From Promethearchaeota archaeon (GTDB lineage: Archaea > Asgardarchaeota > Lokiarchaeia > Sigyniarchaeales > SOKP01), in the NCBI GenBank assembly GCA_048940605.1, contig JBHLOJ010000005.1, forward strand, positions 8,254 to 72,253: DNA of 64,000 nt. Direction: 5' to 3'. Below are positions 9,886 through 18,962 of the stretch, one piece after another. The translations under genes and the position numbers were made by a program. The notes under the pieces were generated by a model, which searched no databases, was not told where the DNA came from, and saw nothing but the letters and a program-made list of their open reading frames with translations. Each line of letters opens with the position of its first letter. Within the stretch, counting starts at the first letter, position 1.

Positions 9886-10947
9886 ATGGTAAAAGCATTT
9901 TATTTGTGTTCATTCAGGGAACGTGCAGGAAAAAGTTTTCTCTCAATTGGATTTATTCAGAAATTAAAAAAGGAAGGAAAAAGATTTGCTTATTTTAAAC
10001 CAATTGGAATACCAAAAGCAACATTTACTAATAAAGCTGATCCAGATGTAGGATTTATTTTAAATACGGTTTATAAGACTGACCATCCTTACGATCATGT
10101 CTCTCCAGTTTCGATTCCAGACGCATATTATGTCGATTTGATTGATGTAAACAAGAAAGGTGAATATCTTCAAAGAATTAAGAATGCATATGATGAGATC
10201 GTTAAGGATGTAGATTATATTATAATTGAAGGAAACCCAAGTATAAGAAAATTCATAAGGACAGGATTAGATGATGTGTCTATAGCACAAACGTTAGAAA
10301 TTAATGAATTAATTTACGTTTCTATCGAATCCTCGGATAGTTGTATTGATAACTTCTTTTTTACAAAAAACTATTTTGAGTTTCGCAATGTAAAAATTCT
10401 TGGAGTTCTTTTTAATAAAATAGATTTCGATTATATAGCGAGGATAAGAGAACTTTCGGAAGATCATATCACTAGATATAAAATTCCGATACTGGGAGTT
10501 ATAGAAAAAAGTGTTGAGTTATTTTCTCCTCGTGTAAATGAAATAAAGGAGCAAATCGGGGGAGAATTAATTAATGAACAAGCATCAACAGGTTTAAATA
10601 ATCTGGTAGAAACATTTCTGATAGGGGCTATGAATGCTCAAAGTGCTTTAAAATATTTAAGACAAGTTAAGCGCGCAGCTTTTATTACTGGAGGGGATCG
10701 AACAGATCTAGCAATGGCTGCTTTAGATCAGAATGTCTCAACATTAATATTAACAGGCTTCATTCAACCTGATATGGGTGTAATTACTACTGCGAATAAA
10801 AAAGGCATACCTATAATATTAAGTCCATCTGATACATACACAACTATGAGAAATTTAGAGCGTTTAAGACCTGGGATTCAAGAAGATGAAATGGATAAAG
10901 TTCTCAGTTTAATTGAAAAAGAAATTGATTGGAATTTACTTTTATAA
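9886..10947 (+). CDS. stand-alone PtaN-like protein (BioD-like P-loop domain + DRTGG domain)
   Basis: The N-terminus resembles the phosphotransacetylase N-domain (SFLSIGFIQKLKKEGKRFAYFKPIG). DRTGG motif FITGGDRTDLAMAAL. There is no PTA_PTB catalytic domain. Confidence 0.6.
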   Translation: MVKAFYLCSFRERAGKSFLSIGFIQKLKKEGKRFAYFKPIGIPKATFTNKADPDVGFILNTVYKTDHPYDHVSPVSIPDAYYVDLIDVNKKGEYLQRIKNAYDEIVKDVDYIIIEGNPSIRKFIRTGLDDVSIAQTLEINELIYVSIESSDSCIDNFFFTKNYFEFRNVKILGVLFNKIDFDYIARIRELSEDHITRYKIPILGVIEKSVELFSPRVNEIKEQIGGELINEQASTGLNNLVETFLIGAMNAQSALKYLRQVKRAAFITGGDRTDLAMAALDQNVSTLILTGFIQPDMGVITTANKKGIPIILSPSDTYTTMRNLERLRPGIQEDEMDKVLSLIEKEIDWNLLL

Positions 10948-10957
10948 GTGAACAATT

Positions 10958-12148
10958 GTGGTTTCCCAACGAATTAAAGAAATTTCATATGCAATTCGCG
11001 AGATAGCTGCAGTCGCTACTAAAGTTGCTAAAAGCGGAAAAAAAGTATATCATTTAAATATAGGAGACCCTGTCATTTATGATTTTAATACTCCTCATTA
11101 TATATCGCAAGCATTAGCAGATGCTTCTTTTCAAGGCAAAAATTTTTATGTTGATTCGTTAGGTGCCCCAGAACTTAGAGAAGAGTTAAGTAAGTCTTTA
11201 TTGAGGAATTATAATCTCAATATAAATCCAAATGATATTTTAGTTACCGCAGGGGTAACTGAAGCAATTTTTTTTCTCATAGCTGCAATGATAGAAAATA
11301 AGAAGGAACTATTAATTCCAGGACCAAGTTATCCTCTATACATAAATTATACTAATTTCTTTGATGGGGTTCCTGTAGAATATGAATTAGATGAAAATAA
11401 TGATTGGGAACCAGATATCGATGATTTAAGGAAAAAAATAAATGCAAAAACTCAAGCTATCTTAATTTGTTCTCCTAATAATCCTACTGGCGTTATGTTC
11501 AGTGAAAAAATGATAAAAGAAATAATAGATATTGCTGGGGAATATGACATACCTATTTTGTCAGACGAAATCTATGATCAAATCATATATGAAAAACCCT
11601 TTACATGTCCAGCAACCCTTAGTAAGGATGTCCCCATAATTGGATTAAATGGTTTTTCAAAAACTCATCTTGCCACAGGATGGCGTTTAGGTTATATGTA
11701 TTATCATGATCCTGAAAATAAATTAGAAGAATTAAAAGAAGGTATTGCCAAAATGGCAAGGGCACGATTATCTGCAAGTTCAATTGCTCAATATGCTGCT
11801 ATTGAAATTTTAAAAAACCCTGGAACACATACAAAGGAGATGGTAGCAAAATTAAAGGAGAGAAGAGATTATTCATATAACCGATTAAAAAAAATTGAAG
11901 GGATTACATGTGTAAAAGCCAACGGGGCATTCTACTTATTCCCCAAATTTGATTTTACAGAAATAGGAAAATGGAAAGATGATAAGGAGTTTGTCATAGA
12001 CTTACTTGAAACGACAGGAATTTGTACTGTATATGGCTCTGGTTTTGGTGAATATGGAAAAGATCATGTTAGATTTACATTTTTACCAGATTTAAATCTT
12101 TTAGAAACGGTATATAATAAACTTGAAAATTTTATTAAACATTCATAA
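10958..12148 (+). CDS. alanine aminotransferase (class I PLP aminotransferase)
   Basis: GTG start. Close motif-for-motif resemblance to archaeal AlaAT (LNIGDPV, NPNNPTG, SDEIYD, SKTHLATGWRLGYMY, KLKERRDY, GSGFGEYG). Confidence 0.85.
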   Translation: MVSQRIKEISYAIREIAAVATKVAKSGKKVYHLNIGDPVIYDFNTPHYISQALADASFQGKNFYVDSLGAPELREELSKSLLRNYNLNINPNDILVTAGVTEAIFFLIAAMIENKKELLIPGPSYPLYINYTNFFDGVPVEYELDENNDWEPDIDDLRKKINAKTQAILICSPNNPTGVMFSEKMIKEIIDIAGEYDIPILSDEIYDQIIYEKPFTCPATLSKDVPIIGLNGFSKTHLATGWRLGYMYYHDPENKLEELKEGIAKMARARLSASSIAQYAAIEILKNPGTHTKEMVAKLKERRDYSYNRLKKIEGITCVKANGAFYLFPKFDFTEIGKWKDDKEFVIDLLETTGICTVYGSGFGEYGKDHVRFTFLPDLNLLETVYNKLENFIKHS

Positions 12149-12438
12149 TGTCTCAAAATGATAAGATAAAAAGCGAAAGAAAGAGTCTATATTTTGATCT
12201 AATTTGTGGTATAATTAACTCAACATTTGCAATATCTACCATCATTTTCGTAACAATAGAGTACGGGTTTAGAAATACTCCAGGGTTTTACGTTGGACTT
12301 ACTTTTTGTATTATTTATTTAGGAGTTTCGATATTTTTGATTATTATTGGTATTTATACTGGACGAATAGAAAAAAAATATGGTATTGTTGGGAGGAAAA
12401 AGAAGAAAAGAGAGCTTAAACCTCCAATAGTTTCTTAA
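12148..12438 (+). CDS. small two-helix membrane protein with a Lys-rich tail
   Basis: 96 aa with two hydrophobic helices. The start overlaps the aminotransferase stop in a TAATG junction. Confidence 0.5.
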   Translation: MSQNDKIKSERKSLYFDLICGIINSTFAISTIIFVTIEYGFRNTPGFYVGLTFCIIYLGVSIFLIIIGIYTGRIEKKYGIVGRKKKKRELKPPIVS

Positions 12439-12524
12439 TATTATAAAAAAATAAGGAAAAGCTTTATATACACTTTTGTCTTATTATTTCTGTACAGCAA
12501 TATTTCATCACATCTATTAAAAAT

Positions 12525-12667
12525 GGGGTGATATATAGAACTATTCGTATCTTTACTGTACTATAAAGGAAAATGATTTCATTTGCCTTAACAGAAGTAC
12601 ACGTGATACACAGGACAGGAAAACAACCAATATTCCAATAAAAAAATATTGATTCTATATACACCCC
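12525..12667. repeat. 143-bp element bounded by 15-16 nt inverted repeats
   Basis: GGGGTGATATATAGAA (12525-12540) pairs with TTCTATATACACCCC (12653-12667), with one indel. These are the only G/C-rich words in a convergent intergenic region. Confidence 0.5.
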
Positions 12668-12702
12668 ACCTTAAGAATCTAGCCTCATTAAAATTAGAAT
12701 TT

Positions 12703-13350
12703 TTATTTAAGAATCTTTCCAGTTTCCATATACCACATATAAAGGTCAAGTTCAGCGAGATTAAGGTTTAAGGTTTCTGCAATTTTTCTTATCATTTCCT
12801 CTATCTCTAAATATTTTGATTTAGTTAAAGATCTTGGTTTTTTAATCACGTTAAATCTCACTAAGAGGTCTAGTATATGAAAATCTATTATTGCATAGTC
12901 AGTGAACCCTATATTCCTTAAAAAATGACTAGCTTCTTTATATCCTAATCCTTTAATATTATTAACAATCCACTCCCTTAATTTATGGGGATCTTTCTGT
13001 GTTTTAATATTACTTTTTAATTCATCTCTAATTTGTCTTGCTTGTGCAATATATTTTGCTCTAATATTCGGAAACCTATAACCGTATAGTTTCAAGTTAC
13101 GAGCTAGTTCCTCCTCAGATAAATGGAGGAATCCATCACCTATTAACTCTTGAACTTCTATACATTTATCAGCACTACAATTTGCTGTCATAATGCAAAA
13201 GCAGAGCTCCTCGAATAATTTATTATGAGCTTTACTTTTAACTTTATCAAATTCGTTAATTCTGTTATCTACTAATTTTTTAATTTCACTATTCTTAAGA
13301 TCGTTTATATCATTGAACAAATCTTCCATGTTCTCTAAGGAATTAAACAT
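12703..13350 (-). CDS. ogg: Ogg2-type 8-oxoguanine DNA glycosylase/AP lyase
   Basis: HhH-GPD element KGLGYKEASHFLRNIGFTDYAIIDFH. About 210 aa, as in archaeal Ogg. Confidence 0.7.
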   Translation of the reverse strand: MFNSLENMEDLFNDINDLKNSEIKKLVDNRINEFDKVKSKAHNKLFEELCFCIMTANCSADKCIEVQELIGDGFLHLSEEELARNLKLYGYRFPNIRAKYIAQARQIRDELKSNIKTQKDPHKLREWIVNNIKGLGYKEASHFLRNIGFTDYAIIDFHILDLLVRFNVIKKPRSLTKSKYLEIEEMIRKIAETLNLNLAELDLYMWYMETGKILK

Positions 13351-13649
13351 AGTTTTTATGTTAAACTCTTTAATAAAATAAGTCTAAATTCAATCTACCA
13401 AACATGAATGATATCTACGTATTATATTAGAAAATAAAAAAGCATAAAAATTTATAAACTAAATATAGAAAGGTTTTTACACACAAATTAGAATTCATAA
13501 AATTAGCGCTGTACAGTGTTTAAATAAGCATTAAAGCGAAGACGACCTAATAATGTGAGGATTATTATAACAAAAAACCAAACAAAAAACCTGACTTAAA
13601 AGCATGTGTTATCATTAAATTATTAGAAGCGAATTTTTGTTTACAAAAG

Positions 13650-13964
13650 ATGAAAATTAACAATAATACTGAAGATTTTGAGTTAGATTGCTATTTGAAG
13701 ATACTTGAGTATTTTCAAACTGAAAAAGTAAATCGGGAACAAACTGAGATTTGGAAAGACCATTCCTTAATAGAATTGATGAAATTGCTTGATAAGAAAA
13801 AAAATCGGGTTCTGGTTACTAATGCTCTAATTCTAATGTTGTCTTTATTTGAAGATATCCCTCCTGATATATATAATAATCGTGGAGTTGATATCAATCT
13901 TATATCTCGTAGAGATAGAGAATCTTTAATAGCTGATTTGAAAGAAGAATTTTTGCCTAATTAA
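13650..13964 (+). CDS. hypothetical protein
   Basis: 104-aa ORF after a 300-bp intergenic region. No motif recognised. Confidence 0.4.
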   Translation: MKINNNTEDFELDCYLKILEYFQTEKVNREQTEIWKDHSLIELMKLLDKKKNRVLVTNALILMLSLFEDIPPDIYNNRGVDINLISRRDRESLIADLKEEFLPN

Positions 13965-14075
13965 TATTTAGATCTATTTTTAATAATTTGGTCAAAACAT
14001 TTATTTAAATTTATGAAATTTCATTTTTATTACATAGGAATATAGGTTAACTTCTTTTAACTAAAGGGGAATTAA

Positions 14076-17000
14076 ATGAATCAAGAGAAAAGGTTTTCTT
14101 CTATAAAGAAGAAAGTAAACAGTTTAGGTATTATAGCATTGATATTCTTTTCATTGTTGTTTTTTAATTGTATGTCAAATAAAACCTTCCAATCTGATGA
14201 TAATATTAGTTTTGATGATCAGGAAGAATTTAGACAAGAATTAAAGAATGCTAATGGTGAATCTATAATATTTCAGGGGAATGAACAACCTATTAATATT
14301 ACTGATACTGGAATTCTTAATAAGCAAAATCAAGAGATATCACTATCAAATGAAGAGGTTTTGAACCTTACTTATTTCTTAGATTCTGAACACAATTGGG
14401 AAGCTTCAAAAATTGACACATCTATTAAAAACCTCCAAGATACAAGAAATTGGATAAATAATTCAGGATTCAAATCACCAACTATTTTCAGAAAATATCA
14501 AGTCTCTCAAACAGGGCATCCATACACACAACCTCATAATCCTAATAATGTTATAGATACTATTACTGAAACGGGTGCCACCTACATAAGAGCACATTTT
14601 GTTGAAATAGGATTCGAACGTACTTGGGATTATTTTTTTGTACGCGATGGAAGCAATAATGACCACTTAATAACAGATACCTACAATATAACTAACGTAT
14701 ATAGTCCTTGGATTCCAGGAGATACAATTAAATTTACTTATGAAGCTGATGCTGCAGATCCTTACTATGGTTATTACATGGATTATTACGAATTTCTAAA
14801 CGCTAGTTCAGATTATGATATTAATTCTGATACTTGGGGTTTCAATTATGCTGAAAATGGGGTAAGTGGAACCAATGTTTATGGTGCTGGTGAAACTGGA
14901 AATGCAACTGGTATGTATGTAGGATTATACGGAGAATATGTCAGTCATGAGGAATTTGATTATACAGAAGGTGCATTTTCAGAGCTTTATCAAAATATAA
15001 CTATTCCTCGGGGCCCTATTAAAGACGCTTATTTTAGTTTTGATTATAACGTTCCATTTGGATTGAAATCAAATGATAACTATATGTATTTGAAAATAAA
15101 TAATGAAAAAGTATATTCTAAAGGAATGCGAGATATAATTGAAGCGGGAAAAGGAATTTGGTACAATACGGGTAAAATATATATGGATCTATGGACAAAT
15201 ACATCAGAAATCTTTGATGGTCCATTGAATGAACAGCAATTTAATATATCGGTTGGGATTATGAGTGGAAGTTCCGTGAGTCTCACTTATTTTGAAGAGG
15301 CTTATCAAAATATATTATGGTTTGATAATGTTTCTCTAGTTTTAACTACAACAGCTAATTCTTCTCAAACCGATATAGATCTAAAATTCGATAATACTAG
15401 CTTAATTGAAGAGGATAACTGGGGATCTTCGGTTTTAAATATTACGAAGAGTTGGACTTCAAATCCTATAACATTAGCTATCACCACGACATCACCCTCT
15501 TTAAGCTTCGATATGAATACCACTATATTTGGATATCATAATACTACATCTAAGATTAATCAACAGAATGATAATGGAATATCTTATAAAATATTAGAAA
15601 ACAATACTGTATATTGGGAATTTTTTCATAATTTCTATATGCCCTCACAATATTCAGATTTTGAAATTACCATTTATAAACCTTATAATTGGGAAATCTT
15701 ATCCGTTCTAGATCCTACATATCAATCACGGGAGTTTGAAGAAGGAAATTTTGGAGATCTTTACTTAAAAATAAATCAAACTTCTGCACTATTCCCTGGT
15801 TGGTGGTCTTTCATAGCAACTTCTCCTAACTACATAAATATTTCAAACACAGAAATGTATAAACAAGGTCAATGGGTAGAATCATCATTTACTACAGGTG
15901 AATCTACAAGAATTAGGACCCAGATTAATAATAGTAATGAAATTCCTTCAAATTTATTTTTAACTACAGCAAATTTAACCATCTATGATCCAACGGGTTC
16001 AATTTGGTTTGAAGAGGCTATAACACCTCTATCTAATGGAACAGTACTATTTTCTGAGATTACCTTCACGGCCTTAAATTCTATAGGTGGTCAATATAAT
16101 TATACGATATTTTGGAGTAATGGAACTGACATTGGTGGAGTTAAATCCGACTTTATTGTAAACCATCAAACCTTACTAACTTTATTAAAGCCAGATGACG
16201 CAGTATTAGACTTAAGAACTGAAGGATTTGTAGGTGATATTATTCCAGTAAGAATTCTATTAAAAGATGACGAAAATAATTTTACAATACCTGATGCGAT
16301 TCTATCATATAACTGGTCTGATGGGACTCGATATTTTTCAGATTCAGGCTTAGGTATTTATGAAACAACGTTATTTACTGCGGACTTAGCAATACGAGGA
16401 TTACATAATATAATTATTAATTCTTCAAAACTTGGTTTTATTACTAGTAATATTACTTTGGAAATTAACTTAGGTGAAGAAACAAATATTCAGGTTCTTG
16501 AGTCAGATTATAATATTGAACTGCATGCCAATAGTACAATTAAATTTAAATTCTCCAATTATAATGGTACTGGAATCGATGGAGCATTAGTAAATGTTAG
16601 TATCAGTAACAGTTCGTTATATTCTATTGCTAATCTTGGTGGAGGGATTTATGATGTTGAATTTAGTACTCTTTATATCGATGAAATTGGTATCTATCAG
16701 TTAAATTTTAATTTTTCTGCTGTTGCTTATGAACCTCAATATTATACTCATCAATTTACGATTATAAAGCAATCAGTAAATTTATCAGTTTATATTAATT
16801 CTCAACAGATTAATGAAGATGAGTTAAAAGTAACAGTCTTCAACGAAGAATTTAATATATCTGCACGGGCACGCTCAAGTATAGACGGAGAATATTTAAC
16901 TGGTGGTACAATAACTTGCTGCCACATAAGTGGTAATTTCCAAAAAAATTTAACTATAAACCCAAATTTCTGGTATAATACGACAATAACGTGTTCACCT

Positions 17001-18251
17001 GATAATTTTACTTTATTAAATAACTTAATTTATCTCCAATTTGAACACCCTAATTACAAAACTGCAACATTCGGTTTTCAACTTTTTATAGATCAGATTG
17101 AGATGGAGGTAGAGACAATTAACTTTGAAGACACAATTAATGCAGAAAAAGGAGAAACAATAAATATTCAAATTCAATTGATCGATAATAAAACATCAAA
17201 TCTCATTGAAGATGCGACTATAAAATATATATGGGAGTATGGAATAGGCACTATCAATCAGACAGTTCCGGGAACTTATGAAGCAGATATTAAATTACCA
17301 GAAGGAGTAGACGGAAGCTTTAAATTTGATTTAATAATAACACCTAATAGTTCAATCTACAAATCAACTTTGTACTCTTTTGTTGTTGTAATCGGTGAAC
17401 CTATTGTTAACGGTGGAAGTGAATTTTCAAGCTTGTTATTATGGATAATAATAGGTGTATTAGTAAGTATAGTGAGTGTATTAGGAGTTTTAAGTATGAG
17501 ATCTTATGTTATCTTACCTCGAAAAAGGAAGAAAGAAGCAGAATTGTTAGCAGAAACACAAAGATTTAAGGACCTTAGAAATATCCAGGCTATTGTAATT
17601 GTACATAAATTAAGTGGGATACCTCTTTATTCGAGGAGCTATTCGATTTTAGAAAGACATAAGAAGGAGTTATTCTCAGGTTTTATTCAAGCAATAACAA
17701 CTGTTGGCGAAGAATTTTCTGAAAGAGAAGAAAGTACAGAAGAGTCTGAGGATTCACCAAAAACCTATGGTGTTGAGAAGATTATTGAGTTGGATTTCAA
17801 ATATTTCTACTGTTTAATCGCTGATAAAGATGATGTAAGAGCTGTATTTATTCTTAGAGAAAAATCTTCTGAAAGGTTAAAAAGCCAAATATCTAATTTA
17901 ATTTTAGCCTTAAATTTAAAATTGTCAATGGAATTAGAAAATTGGGATGGCTCTTTAGACAAATTTGAGGAACTAGTTCCTACAATAATAAATGAATATT
18001 TTGAATTACACTATAAAGGCTCTTTTAGATTATCAGAAAAGATGGATCTTCTTAAAATGCGAAAGGAAAAAGATTTAGATAAACTAGAGATCCGCACATT
18101 AAATGTAATCCAATCAGCAGCAAAAAGAAACAATAATGTTGTTAATTTGGATAATATCATTGAATTAGTTAGTGAAGAAAATAAAGATCTCATAATTGTT
18201 GCTATTGAAAGGTTGATTGAGAAAAAATTAATCTCCCCGATTAACTCATAA
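14076..18251 (+). CDS. giant single-pass surface protein: signal peptide, sequon-rich ectodomain, TM helix, cytoplasmic longin-like + winged-helix tail
   Basis: AGGGGA Shine-Dalgarno-like word before the ATG. N-terminal hydrophobic signal (LGIIALIFFSLLFF). About 40 N-x-S/T sequons. TM helix LLLWIIIGVLVSIVSVLGVL followed by PRKRKK (about 17439-17530). The 244-aa tail is homologous to ORF 22908..23423. Confidence 0.8.
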   Translation: MNQEKRFSSIKKKVNSLGIIALIFFSLLFFNCMSNKTFQSDDNISFDDQEEFRQELKNANGESIIFQGNEQPINITDTGILNKQNQEISLSNEEVLNLTYFLDSEHNWEASKIDTSIKNLQDTRNWINNSGFKSPTIFRKYQVSQTGHPYTQPHNPNNVIDTITETGATYIRAHFVEIGFERTWDYFFVRDGSNNDHLITDTYNITNVYSPWIPGDTIKFTYEADAADPYYGYYMDYYEFLNASSDYDINSDTWGFNYAENGVSGTNVYGAGETGNATGMYVGLYGEYVSHEEFDYTEGAFSELYQNITIPRGPIKDAYFSFDYNVPFGLKSNDNYMYLKINNEKVYSKGMRDIIEAGKGIWYNTGKIYMDLWTNTSEIFDGPLNEQQFNISVGIMSGSSVSLTYFEEAYQNILWFDNVSLVLTTTANSSQTDIDLKFDNTSLIEEDNWGSSVLNITKSWTSNPITLAITTTSPSLSFDMNTTIFGYHNTTSKINQQNDNGISYKILENNTVYWEFFHNFYMPSQYSDFEITIYKPYNWEILSVLDPTYQSREFEEGNFGDLYLKINQTSALFPGWWSFIATSPNYINISNTEMYKQGQWVESSFTTGESTRIRTQINNSNEIPSNLFLTTANLTIYDPTGSIWFEEAITPLSNGTVLFSEITFTALNSIGGQYNYTIFWSNGTDIGGVKSDFIVNHQTLLTLLKPDDAVLDLRTEGFVGDIIPVRILLKDDENNFTIPDAILSYNWSDGTRYFSDSGLGIYETTLFTADLAIRGLHNIIINSSKLGFITSNITLEINLGEETNIQVLESDYNIELHANSTIKFKFSNYNGTGIDGALVNVSISNSSLYSIANLGGGIYDVEFSTLYIDEIGIYQLNFNFSAVAYEPQYYTHQFTIIKQSVNLSVYINSQQINEDELKVTVFNEEFNISARARSSIDGEYLTGGTITCCHISGNFQKNLTINPNFWYNTTITCSPDNFTLLNNLIYLQFEHPNYKTATFGFQLFIDQIEMEVETINFEDTINAEKGETINIQIQLIDNKTSNLIEDATIKYIWEYGIGTINQTVPGTYEADIKLPEGVDGSFKFDLIITPNSSIYKSTLYSFVVVIGEPIVNGGSEFSSLLLWIIIGVLVSIVSVLGVLSMRSYVILPRKRKKEAELLAETQRFKDLRNIQAIVIVHKLSGIPLYSRSYSILERHKKELFSGFIQAITTVGEEFSEREESTEESEDSPKTYGVEKIIELDFKYFYCLIADKDDVRAVFILREKSSERLKSQISNLILALNLKLSMELENWDGSLDKFEELVPTIINEYFELHYKGSFRLSEKMDLLKMRKEKDLDKLEIRTLNVIQSAAKRNNNVVNLDNIIELVSEENKDLIIVAIERLIEKKLISPINS

Positions 18252-18299
18252 ACTTATAACAAAAAAATTCAAATTTTACTCTTCTTTTTTTTTATTTTG

Positions 18300-18920
18300 A
18301 TGCTAAATCCGAAGAACTTAAAATTCGTCTGTACTCGTTGTGGAAATTGCTGTACAGATCGAAATACCCTTGTCAATGTTACTTATCTGGATATATTAAG
18401 AATAGTTAAAGGATTAAAATTATCATTGGAAGAATCACTTGAAATTTTCGGATTTTATGTCTATACTGAAACTTTAGACAACAATATTCTTAAAAAAATG
18501 GTAATTTCACCAATAGAAACTGAAAGAGGATTAGCATTCATTGGGCTCATGAAGAAAGATAATTTTGAGTGTTATTTTTATGATGCTGAAAATAAGATGT
18601 GTTTAATTCATAGCTTAAGACCTATGTTTTGTAGGTCTTTCCCCTTTTCTTTCATACCTTTTAGGGATAAAGATAATATTAGTGAAGAAAAAATTGAGAT
18701 TATTTATACAGAGAAAGCTATAGAATATTGTCTGGGAATAGGATATGATGCACCTCTAATCGATACAGATTATTGGTTTAATTTAGCAAATAATACCCTA
18801 AGTGAATTAAAGGATAATTATACTTTTAATAAAAAGTGGAATAATAGTATTAAGAATAAAGATATTCTTCCTTTAGCAAAGAATTATATTAAAAAAATTT
18901 TTAAATTGATTGAAGACTAA
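18300..18920 (+). CDS. YkgJ/UPF0153-family Cys-cluster (Zn/Fe-binding) protein
   Basis: CTRCGNCC N-terminal motif plus the downstream C..Y......C.I......P..CR.FP pattern. Confidence 0.6.
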   Translation: MLNPKNLKFVCTRCGNCCTDRNTLVNVTYLDILRIVKGLKLSLEESLEIFGFYVYTETLDNNILKKMVISPIETERGLAFIGLMKKDNFECYFYDAENKMCLIHSLRPMFCRSFPFSFIPFRDKDNISEEKIEIIYTEKAIEYCLGIGYDAPLIDTDYWFNLANNTLSELKDNYTFNKKWNNSIKNKDILPLAKNYIKKIFKLIED

Positions 18921-18962
18921 GAAATCAGGCAAGATAAGACATTATTTATTCTTTTCATCAAT

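Noticed and set aside
12464-12664. 66-aa minus-strand ORF in the convergent intergenic region.
   Set aside because: It is Cys/Ile-rich with odd composition and no RBS. It coincides with the inverted-repeat-bounded element, which I report as a repeat instead.
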